Positions 26,511-33,569 of a stretch of 36,047 nt of DNA are shown here, one piece after another. The stretch's first letter is position 1. Every line of letters begins with the position of its first letter. The position numbers were made by a program, and so were the translations under genes. A model generated the notes under the pieces. It had not been told where the DNA came from and ran no database searches. It was given only the letters and a program-made list of their open reading frames with translations. Origin of the DNA: a virus. The stretch is from the IMG/VR virus record IMGVR_UViG_2811994897_000004; one strand, 5' to 3'.

Positions 26511-26535
26511 TAAAAAAGCACGACTAGTGTCATGC
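26511..26535 (-). terminator. Rho-independent terminator after the 105-aa exported-protein gene
   Basis: GCATGAC(acta)GTCGTGC followed by TTTTTTATTT. Confidence 0.65.
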
Positions 26536-26541
26536 CTGTTT

Positions 26542-26859
26542 TCAATAAACATCGACAACATGATTGCCAATTTTATAACTTGCTTTTTCATAACCTTTCA
26601 GTGAACTAATGTAAACTGTCTTACCTTTCTTAACCTTAATATCGTATGACTTTTTATAGTCGCCTTGATCAAGTACCTTTGTTTCTGTGTAAGCAATAAT
26701 TTCAAATTGTTTTGTATTTGACAAATGCAACGTCATATCATGCCCAACGTAAACCCTAGTCGTTTCATTGTCAACACGACTGACATTAATTGGTTTCAAT
26801 GGTGTAGCCTGTGTGGCGAATGCAAAAGAGCCTGCGATAATTCCTGCTGTGATGATCAT
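26542..26859 (-). CDS. Small exported or membrane-anchored protein (moron-like unit)
   Basis: 105 aa. N-terminal hydrophobic signal or anchor MIITAGIIAGSFAFATQA, then a beta-rich body. It has its own promoter (26889-26937) and terminator (26511-26535). Confidence 0.65.
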   Translation of the reverse strand: MIITAGIIAGSFAFATQATPLKPINVSRVDNETTRVYVGHDMTLHLSNTKQFEIIAYTETKVLDQGDYKKSYDIKVKKGKTVYISSLKGYEKASYKIGNHVVDVY

Positions 26860-26888
26860 GGCTGTTTTCCTCTTTTCTTAATGTCTTA

Positions 26889-26937
26889 ATTATAACAAAT
26901 AAAAAAGCGCTAATGTGCGCCTTAATACTTTCTTAAC
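26889..26937 (-). promoter_or_regulatory. TTAAG-type promoter cassette
   Basis: GTTAAGAAAGTATTAAG (26921-26937), then 26 nt, then extended -10 TGTTATAAT (26889-26897). Two further TTAAG pentamers lie in the 5' UTR (26877-26889). Confidence 0.5.
26901..26920 (-). terminator. Weak hairpin plus T6 between the operator and the -10
   Basis: GCGC(acatta)GCGC followed by TTTTTTATTT. The stem is only 4-5 bp. Confidence 0.3.
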
Positions 26938-26939
26938 AT

Positions 26940-27119
26940 TTAACTAAACCATATACCATAAACAATCATGCCCACACCATACCATAACATAATCAGCGTC
27001 ATAATAACTGTTATAAATGCGTCTCTTGTTTTATCTGTACGCACATAATTAAACGATCCGTAAACCAGCGTGAATCCAGACAATATGATAAAGAAAACGC
27101 CATAAAATATTTGATTCAT
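26940..27119 (-). CDS. Small 2-TM membrane protein
   Basis: Preferred start is ATG 27119 (MNQIFYGVFFIILSGFTLVYG...MTLIMLWYGVGMIVYGIWFS) behind GAGGTG. Confidence 0.55.
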   Translation of the reverse strand: MNQIFYGVFFIILSGFTLVYGSFNYVRTDKTRDAFITVIMTLIMLWYGVGMIVYGIWFS

Positions 27120-27127
27120 TTCACACC

Positions 27128-28336
27128 TCACACATAATATTCTGCAATCAATTCCGTTTCTGAAAATTCTAACATGTACAACGTTTTCTTTGACAACGTC
27201 CAACCATTTGATATTTCATACTTGTCGTTTGGTTTTACGGTCCCAAATTGTTGCCAAATCACACCACCTTCGTCAGTTGTCTTTTGCGTATGATAATGAC
27301 CTGTATGGATATAACGTTGTTTAGCACCTGCCCATACCATTCCAAACTCATTGGCGAATAACATTGGAAGCCCTTTTCGTGCAAAATCGCCATGCGCATT
27401 CATGATTCCAATTTGTCCAAGCAAGTAGGCATCACGATACTTAATATTGTTTTTAATTGTCACGTCTGGGTATTTCGCCTTTAAATATTCCATGAACATG
27501 TATTCCATGTTTCCAGAATGATTGCCAGCCATTTGACGAATAATAACATGTTTACTCCCTTGCAACATGCTAAGTAAGACGTCAAAGAACGTTTTCGCAT
27601 CTTCCACAGCCTGAACCATGTTTACTTCATCTAGCATTGTGCCACGCATTGTTTGCGTTGTCCACATCTGACTTGAATGAAACAAATCTCCAAGTTGTTC
27701 AATAACGACCGTGTTATACCCTTTATTGACGATATTAGCAATCTTATGCAAATGAATCTCCATATCGGCAATAGTTGTGATACCAAAATGCAAATCAGCT
27801 AAAGGAATAACCAAGTTACTTTTTTGCCCGTTATCTTTAAAGTCAAAGTGAATGGGTTTAATTTCTTCACGTAATCTACTTAATGCTTTATCAAAATTAC
27901 CAGCCTTTGGCTTAACAGTAATCTTTGATTGATACAAATCTTTTGTGCCGTGTTCTGCACTGCCTTGTTGCCAGAAGTTAGATACCGCATTAGTGATTTC
28001 CCACTCATCAGGATTATAGCCATGAGCGATTAGTAAATATTCTGGATCTTTTTCCTGTCCATCGCGCATTTCAATCACGGTTGTATGTGTCTGGTTGCCG
28101 TTTTTATCAATCACAAGGTTGACATCATTTGATGTTTCCTCTGTCTTGTCGAAGTCATAGCCTTCTTTTTCCAATTGACGTCTCAAGATAACGCCACGTT
28201 CGCCAGTAATGATACGTCGCATATATCTGTATTTCATATCGACACCAAACTTATCATAAACTAATCCAATAATTTGTTTTGTTGTTGCGCCTTGCTTGTG
28301 CTTATCAAGGATAAATATAAGAATCTCTTTTGTCAT
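27128..28336 (-). CDS. HTH domain fused to a calcineurin-like metallophosphoesterase (Mre11/SbcD-type motifs)
   Basis: 402 aa. The N-terminal about 50 aa are HTH-like (GATTKQIIGLVYDKFGV). All metallophosphoesterase motifs are present: LADLHFG, LGDLFHS, AGNHSG, NAHGD, HTGHYH. Confidence 0.75.
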   Translation of the reverse strand: MTKEILIFILDKHKQGATTKQIIGLVYDKFGVDMKYRYMRRIITGERGVILRRQLEKEGYDFDKTEETSNDVNLVIDKNGNQTHTTVIEMRDGQEKDPEYLLIAHGYNPDEWEITNAVSNFWQQGSAEHGTKDLYQSKITVKPKAGNFDKALSRLREEIKPIHFDFKDNGQKSNLVIPLADLHFGITTIADMEIHLHKIANIVNKGYNTVVIEQLGDLFHSSQMWTTQTMRGTMLDEVNMVQAVEDAKTFFDVLLSMLQGSKHVIIRQMAGNHSGNMEYMFMEYLKAKYPDVTIKNNIKYRDAYLLGQIGIMNAHGDFARKGLPMLFANEFGMVWAGAKQRYIHTGHYHTQKTTDEGGVIWQQFGTVKPNDKYEISNGWTLSKKTLYMLEFSETELIAEYYV

Positions 28337-28387
28337 CTTTATAGTCTCTATTTTGCTTTCTGAGCCATTTTAAGACTCGTTAAGGTA

Positions 28388-28396
28388 TTTATACCA
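28388..28396 (-). promoter_or_regulatory. Extended -10-like element TGGTATAAA upstream of the metallophosphoesterase gene
   Basis: Minus strand: ATGTAAAATGGTATAAATACC. Confidence 0.3.
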
Positions 28397-28436
28397 TTTT
28401 ACATTTAAAACTCCTTAAAACGTAAATTAAGTGCGT

Positions 28437-28595
28437 TTAATTTGTTTTTATGCAAACATGTCCGTAGTTATCAAAAAACACACCGATTACATCATATTCA
28501 TTTCCAAAATATCCAATATTGACATCGTTCACAACATGAACTTTTTTGTCTTGATCAAATTTACTCAACTCTTTAATCAATTCTTCAACTGTCAT
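28437..28595 (-). CDS. Hypothetical 52-aa protein (first gene of the late unit)
   Basis: Below the ORF-track cutoff. AAGGAG lies 7 nt before the ATG. Translation: MTVEELIKELSKFDQDKKVHVVNDVNIGYFGNEYDVIGVFFDNYGHVCIKTN. Confidence 0.6.
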   Translation of the reverse strand: MTVEELIKELSKFDQDKKVHVVNDVNIGYFGNEYDVIGVFFDNYGHVCIKTN

Positions 28596-29041
28596 TTTTA
28601 TTCTCCTTAAATTCATGAAATTCGTAAAATGCGTAAAATTAGAAATTCGCGACTTAATACAATAATAAATAAATAACTACCAAGTACGAAAAACTCTAAT
28701 TTCTCTAATTTTTCTAATTGCCCCCAGAAACTAGGCTATAAACTACTTTTATTAAACGCTATATATAATCTAACATAACTATGATTGTTGTTATATATAT
28801 AGGGTTTATGGTTATTAGTGTTAGTGATTGTTTTACCAGAAACGTTGATTTTTGGGGGCAATTAGATATTTTCTAATTCTAGCTAAATATTTCTAATTGC
28901 AACTCGTTATATATTTCATTTGTGTTACATTGATTAAATTAACGTGAGTTTATTTGTTTTTGGCGTTAGTTATTTAATCGATATATCATATAAAATATTA
29001 AATTGTTTATTTAATTGTGTATCCAATTATATTTTCTAATT
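28596..29041. repeat. Control region B: AATTAGA iterons, nested inverted repeats and an AT-rich tract (putative late promoter and/or origin)
   Basis: TCTAATT at 28695, 28704 and 28713 (9-bp spacing), and at 28872, 28892 and 29035. AATTAGA at 28637 and 28860. A perfect 14-bp inverted repeat, TCTAATTGCCCCCA (28713-28726) with TGGGGGCAATTAGA (28853-28866). Inner inverted repeat CTATATATAA/TTATATATAG. No ORF. Confidence 0.85.
28654..28719 (-). promoter_or_regulatory. Putative late promoter with three upstream 9-bp iterons
   Basis: Minus strand: AATTAGAAAAATTAGAGAAATTAGAG-TTTTTCGTAC-TTGGTA (28678-28683), 18 nt, TATTAA (28654-28659), then the 5' UTR and AAGGAG of the 52-aa gene. Confidence 0.4.
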
Positions 29042-29236
29042 TCAACCATCGTCCATATTTTCTTCGTCAAAATATTCAAAACTTAATTCGTGTGTCTGGT
29101 ATTTTCGTCCTTTTAGTACATTCACAATCATAGATGGATTGATGTTTAATTCAACACCTGCTTGTCTGACTGATTCATATACATGACGATTGCCATTTAA
29201 GTCGTACGACACAATCTTTTTCTTTTGTTTTGCCAT
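29042..29236 (-). CDS. Stand-alone homing-endonuclease-type DNA-binding module (NUMOD/IENR-like)
   Basis: 64 aa. IVSYDLNGNRHVYESVRQAGVELNINPSMIVNVLKG resembles the DNA-binding modules that flank GIY-YIG/HNH homing nucleases. SD AAGGAG. Confidence 0.45.
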   Translation of the reverse strand: MAKQKKKIVSYDLNGNRHVYESVRQAGVELNINPSMIVNVLKGRKYQTHELSFEYFDEENMDDG

Positions 29237-29245
29237 GACATCTCC

Positions 29246-31168
29246 TTACAACTTAAATTGTTTGCGCAGCTTTGTTTTGTTTTCTTCACGCAACCCAGAA
29301 TGATCAATCAATTCGTTCATAAAGTCTGTATCGCCTGTTTCTTGCTTAATAACCATCAACGCCCAGTAAGCTTTGCTTTCACGCGTACCGTCAATTGCGT
29401 TTTGAACCGTACGGATAAGTGAACGCTTATTATTGTTACTCATTTCGCTTATTTCTTCCGTTTTAAGTGTGTTGTTGACAACCTGTACATTTGTACCGCC
29501 AACAAAGAATCTGTGTTCTACCGGCAAACCAGAGCGGTCATACGGCTCATCAATCTTTAATGCCAGTCGCTTAACCAATTCAGCGTATTCTTCTAAATCT
29601 CCTCCGACACGATAGAACCAAACACGTGCGTGTATGTCTGCTGGTGTACTACTTGATGTTTCCCATACCACCGCAGACAATCCAGTCAATCGCACCTTTT
29701 CGACCAACTTATCAAATGACGAGGCGTTAGCGCCATCAATATCAATCACAACACCAATAAATCCAGTAACGTTTTCCTTTTTTATTTCATCGTGGAATAT
29801 CGCTGTACTAAATAACGGTTGCTTATCTTTCTCAATCTTGCCAAACTCTAACACATCTTTTGCAAACTCTTCAGGCGTTTCAAAGTTTCGTTCGCCAATT
29901 ACCTTGTGTAAGTCTTCAAACGCTGCAAATGTCAACTTTTCTGACTGATATGGCTGGTCTATAACTCCCGTGGCGTCCTTATAACCATAAATTGTTTCTC
30001 CATGAACAGTGACATTGCCAATCTTCCAACCAGCTTTTTCAGCGGCAGCCTTAACTGTTTTCTTATCAAACGTTGACACTAGTTCCTTATTAGCAACAAC
30101 ACCACGTGCACGGACAAAGTTAATCACGTTATCACGCTCATCTTCAATTACGTCTGACCAATCGTTATGCCAATCAAATAGCTTTGTTTCGTCTGTGTTT
30201 ACATAAGATAAGATTGATTGCGGATCAAGGTTGTGTAAGTGATTGAATTCTGCTTGCGTGAACAACTCTTCAACCGACTTGTCGAGTTTAATAAAGATAA
30301 CACGCTTATTGTTTTGTGGGTTCTTTAGAAACGCTGGTGCAGAGTTTAAAGCCACAACAGATGAACCGTTATACACTTCTGACCAACGTTGCCCACCACC
30401 ACGAGCTAGCTGTTGTGGCATATTGTTAGACATAAAGTTCTTCAAGTAATCTTCATTTAATTGACGGTTAGGGTCATCATCATCAAGCAAGACAACAAAT
30501 CGTTCAATCACATCAGCGTTCCAGTTCGCTGCATCAAATCCATTTTCAGGTCTGTTTTGCTTAAAAGCGGCAGCTGCTTCATACAACTTACCGATTGCTT
30601 CCAAGACGATTGACTTACCAGTTGATGCGGCGACACCAAAAATTAAATGCTTACGAATACCATGCGTTTGGTTGTCAAATGGGTATTTCATAATATCAGA
30701 CCAAACGTTTTCATAAGTCTGTGACTCTAATACTTCAATAAAACGTTCAAGAATAGGGTCGCGCTTTGTTGCAAGCCTATTTTCTTCATCACGATGGAAG
30801 TCGAATATATTTTCAACTGGCGCAACAGCATATTTGACAATGTCTTGTACAAGCTCTGTTGACGCTTCTAAGCGCTTTTGGTTTGTCTCCCCTATGTTCT
30901 TTCTGATAGCTTCTCCAATCTCGTTATAAGAGTAGCTGATGTCTGTTCCTGATATATTAAAGTCAAACACGAATGACTTGTATAAACTAGCCAAACGTTT
31001 AATTTCAATATTTTTTAACAAGTCGAACACATTCATTTCTGCTGGACTTAACGGTACTGAACGATCATTCCATGCCATCGCGATTGCCTTAATCGAACGT
31101 AGTGACATCAAAGGTATTGATTTTTCTCTTTTTAAATCATTTTTTAGGATATAAAGATTGTTAGTCAT
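29246..31168 (-). CDS. Replicative primase-helicase-like protein (central P-loop NTPase, C-terminal primase-polymerase-like domain)
   Basis: 640 aa. Walker A GVAASTGKS and Walker B VVLLDDDD near aa 180-250. C-terminal GVVIDIDG ... WETSSSTPADIHARVWF looks like the DxD and sxH motifs of archaeo-eukaryotic primase folds. Confidence 0.65.
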   Translation of the reverse strand: MTNNLYILKNDLKREKSIPLMSLRSIKAIAMAWNDRSVPLSPAEMNVFDLLKNIEIKRLASLYKSFVFDFNISGTDISYSYNEIGEAIRKNIGETNQKRLEASTELVQDIVKYAVAPVENIFDFHRDEENRLATKRDPILERFIEVLESQTYENVWSDIMKYPFDNQTHGIRKHLIFGVAASTGKSIVLEAIGKLYEAAAAFKQNRPENGFDAANWNADVIERFVVLLDDDDPNRQLNEDYLKNFMSNNMPQQLARGGGQRWSEVYNGSSVVALNSAPAFLKNPQNNKRVIFIKLDKSVEELFTQAEFNHLHNLDPQSILSYVNTDETKLFDWHNDWSDVIEDERDNVINFVRARGVVANKELVSTFDKKTVKAAAEKAGWKIGNVTVHGETIYGYKDATGVIDQPYQSEKLTFAAFEDLHKVIGERNFETPEEFAKDVLEFGKIEKDKQPLFSTAIFHDEIKKENVTGFIGVVIDIDGANASSFDKLVEKVRLTGLSAVVWETSSSTPADIHARVWFYRVGGDLEEYAELVKRLALKIDEPYDRSGLPVEHRFFVGGTNVQVVNNTLKTEEISEMSNNNKRSLIRTVQNAIDGTRESKAYWALMVIKQETGDTDFMNELIDHSGLREENKTKLRKQFKL

Positions 31169-31174
31169 GTTTTT

Positions 31175-31600
31175 TTATTCCATTCCAAAACTTGCTTTAG
31201 CTGCTGCTAGATAACTTCCATCATTTTGTTCGTAAAATGTTACCGTAACATTTCCGCCAGCATTTCCTTTTGCGTGCCAAGTTGCAATAATCGCTTTCAT
31301 TCCAGCAACATCAGACGTTATTGTGTTAATTGGTTCGCCAAACTTTGACTTAGCATCATTTAAATTTTTACCACCTACACCAGTTAGTGAATCTCCAATA
31401 ACAATGCTATCGTAGTCTGATTGTGTCATTTTGTTATCTGTCACGACTGGTTGTGAATTTGATGATTTAACGGTTGATGACTTACTTTCTGTTTGCACGT
31501 GCTTAACCGGTGCCATTTCTTGAAAAAGCAACTTACTGATAACAAACGATGCAATAATGATACCCGCGACAATAACAATAATCCTTTTAAATGTGTTCAT
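31175..31600 (-). CDS. Membrane-anchored secreted protein
   Basis: 141 aa. N-terminal anchor IIVIVAGIIIASFVISKLL, a Ser/Thr-rich linker and a compact C-terminal domain. SD AGGAGG. Confidence 0.65.
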   Translation of the reverse strand: MNTFKRIIVIVAGIIIASFVISKLLFQEMAPVKHVQTESKSSTVKSSNSQPVVTDNKMTQSDYDSIVIGDSLTGVGGKNLNDAKSKFGEPINTITSDVAGMKAIIATWHAKGNAGGNVTVTFYEQNDGSYLAAAKASFGME

Positions 31601-31618
31601 GATAATTCCTCCTTTTTG

Positions 31619-31912
31619 TTAAAATTTTATATCTATTAGTTTTACTTTGTAATCGTTTTTAAATTCAAGATAAGTTTTTCTAGCTGTTTCTATATTTGTT
31701 ATAAAAACGCTTCTATTTCTACCAATTGGATGTCTGTTGTTTTGTTCATTATACGTAAATAAATATCCTATACTTTCATTATTTTCAATTATCAAACCAC
31801 AAGCGTTCATATATCTAGTTTTTATTGTTCCATCTTTTAAATCCTTGAACACGTATCTTCTGTTTTTTTCTTTTATTTTTTCAACTTTCCATATAGTTAA
31901 ATCTGTAATCAT
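31619..31912 (-). CDS. Hypothetical protein, compositionally atypical (very low GC)
   Basis: 97 aa with SD AGGAGG. Hand count gives roughly 17-30% GC per 60 nt. Confidence 0.6.
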   Translation of the reverse strand: MITDLTIWKVEKIKEKNRRYVFKDLKDGTIKTRYMNACGLIIENNESIGYLFTYNEQNNRHPIGRNRSVFITNIETARKTYLEFKNDYKVKLIDIKF

Positions 31913-32059
31913 GAATTATTCCTCCTAACGTTTTAACGTGCGTTACCACGATTATGTACACCGCCTAAGCGGTATGTGTTTAATCATCTTGATCGTTTAG
32001 AAACATGGTAAACATTTCTGAAATCAGTAGTTCGCGTTATTCATCTGATAAATTCATCT

Positions 32060-32665
32060 TTAATAATCCTTTTCAATTTTCCAATCTGGTGTCTGCCACT
32101 TCTTGATTTCTTCTAGTGGTGCTGTGAAAGCATATTCTTTTACAAAAGTCCAATCTGTATCATAACCACTAAAAATCCTAAACCATACTTCATCCCCTCT
32201 TTCATTAATGCGAACCAACCGATACAACTGCTCTTTAACCTTGAACTCAATTGTTTCGTCTCCACCCAGATAACGTAATACGGCATTACCCTCTGGTATT
32301 GAAAAGTCATCAAATAGCTTTTTTGCCTCAATATGTTGATTTAGCAATTCATCTAATGAATATAATTCCTCATATATTGTATTAAGAAAGTCGAGTTGTT
32401 CCTGTGTCACATAATAAGTTTCCATTTTGTTATCCCCTTTCTGTTGTGCCATGAACTCTGAATATGTGATTGGTTCTCGTTTTCCAGATATTGGGATTAG
32501 TATGTCATTGTCTTTATCGAGCAATAACTCCCGATTACCGTCCTTAAAATAATTTTTCATATGTGTTTTATCGCCTGAATACCAAGAATATCCTTGCTCA
32601 AACCAAACATCTAAGACTGACTTCCACTGCTCTAAAGTTGTGACATGTACTACTGTTTCACTCAT
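32060..32665 (-). CDS. Hypothetical protein
   Basis: 201-aa ORF with ATGA overlap with the upstream gene. Confidence 0.65.
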   Translation of the reverse strand: MSETVVHVTTLEQWKSVLDVWFEQGYSWYSGDKTHMKNYFKDGNRELLLDKDNDILIPISGKREPITYSEFMAQQKGDNKMETYYVTQEQLDFLNTIYEELYSLDELLNQHIEAKKLFDDFSIPEGNAVLRYLGGDETIEFKVKEQLYRLVRINERGDEVWFRIFSGYDTDWTFVKEYAFTAPLEEIKKWQTPDWKIEKDY

Positions 32666-32964
32666 AGTCCAGCACCTTTAACAGCCTTTTCACTAAATTC
32701 GTCAGCAGCTTGGAAACCTTGTGCCTTTAAATCTTGAATGTGTAACTTATTGTAGAAACCTGCAAAGATAATCTGAAATACCAGTGGCGCAATGCCGTAT
32801 GTGAACATTCCTAATAACAGTGTAACGCCCAACGTAATGCCAAACCATTTCCAGTCACCTTTGAACAAAGGAACAAACCACCCGAAGAAGAAGAATAACC
32901 ATGAGTAACCCAACTTTTCTTGTTTTGTTTGCATTGTGTTTTCGTTCTTTAAATTAATGTGCAT
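32662..32964 (-). CDS. Small 2-TM membrane protein
   Basis: 100 aa. GYSWLFFFFGWFVPLF and ITLGVTLLLGMFTYGIAPLVFQIIFAGF. SD AAGAGGAAAAA. Confidence 0.6.
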   Translation of the reverse strand: MHINLKNENTMQTKQEKLGYSWLFFFFGWFVPLFKGDWKWFGITLGVTLLLGMFTYGIAPLVFQIIFAGFYNKLHIQDLKAQGFQAADEFSEKAVKGAGL

Positions 32965-32993
32965 TTTATTTTTCCTCTTTCGCTTTTGTGTTA

Positions 32994-33473
32994 TTAGAAT
33001 GGCAGTTTGTCTGTATCGATGCCTGTTTCTGTCGTTGCACCAGCAAACGGATCAACAGTGCCAATTGTCTTGTCAAAGTATTCTTTCGTGATGAACAACG
33101 CTTCGTTATATTGCGGATCATTCTTTTGTGGTCTAACCTGAATAAACGCTTGATAAGGCTTTGATTTCAAGAAACGATCAATGTTATCAAAGTTGTAATC
33201 TGTATCAGGAATTGTGAATCCGGCATCGCTGATTGAGTAAAGCATACGTTCAATGTCAGTGTCAACGGCTGTCTTACCATTCTTAAATACTGTATCGTTA
33301 TCCAAAATGTTTTTGCGGGTTGTTCCGCCTGTCTTGACATCTTTTAATGTGATAACCCACATTTCTTTTCCTGTGCGTGTCGTCTTGCGATCAATGTCAT
33401 CAAACGTTACTTGGTAAACGCCTTCGTCCAAGAAATTTCCGCCCATGTTCACTTCTTCTTTATTAAAACGCAT
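32994..33473 (-). CDS. DUF669-like phage protein (probable ssDNA-binding or annealing accessory)
   Basis: 159 aa. N-terminal GNFLDEGVYQVTFDDIDRKTTRTGKEMWVITLKD resembles DUF669. It sits downstream of the P-loop ATPase, as is usual for this module. Confidence 0.6.
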   Translation of the reverse strand: MRFNKEEVNMGGNFLDEGVYQVTFDDIDRKTTRTGKEMWVITLKDVKTGGTTRKNILDNDTVFKNGKTAVDTDIERMLYSISDAGFTIPDTDYNFDNIDRFLKSKPYQAFIQVRPQKNDPQYNEALFITKEYFDKTIGTVDPFAGATTETGIDTDKLPF

Positions 33474-33517
33474 TTGTATTTCCTTCTTTCTTTTATTAGC
33501 CGTTCGGCTATGGTCTT

Positions 33518-33567
33518 ATGATAACAACTAGGTAAAACAATAACAAGTGTCTTAACATTTTCTTAAC
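33518..33567 (-). promoter_or_regulatory. TTAAG-type promoter cassette
   Basis: GTTAAGAAAATGTTAAG (33551-33567), 4 nt, -35 TTGTTA, 17 nt, extended -10 TGTTATCAT (33518-33526). Confidence 0.55.
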
Positions 33568-33569
33568 AT

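Noticed and set aside
28785-28880. Plus-strand 31-codon hydrophobic ORF (MIVVIYIGFMVISVSDCFTRNVDFWGQLDIF) in region B as a type I toxin.
   Set aside because: It has no SD and lies inside the nested inverted repeats. The hydrophobic run comes from the AT-rich repeat sequence.
4090-29041. Inverted repeats A and B as the boundaries of an invertible segment (Gin/Cin-like) or as inverted terminal repeats.
   Set aside because: I recognised no invertase or recombinase. The segment would be the entire 24-kb late module, and inverting it would break the single-strand gene orientation. The repeats do not flank the whole genome as inverted terminal repeats would.
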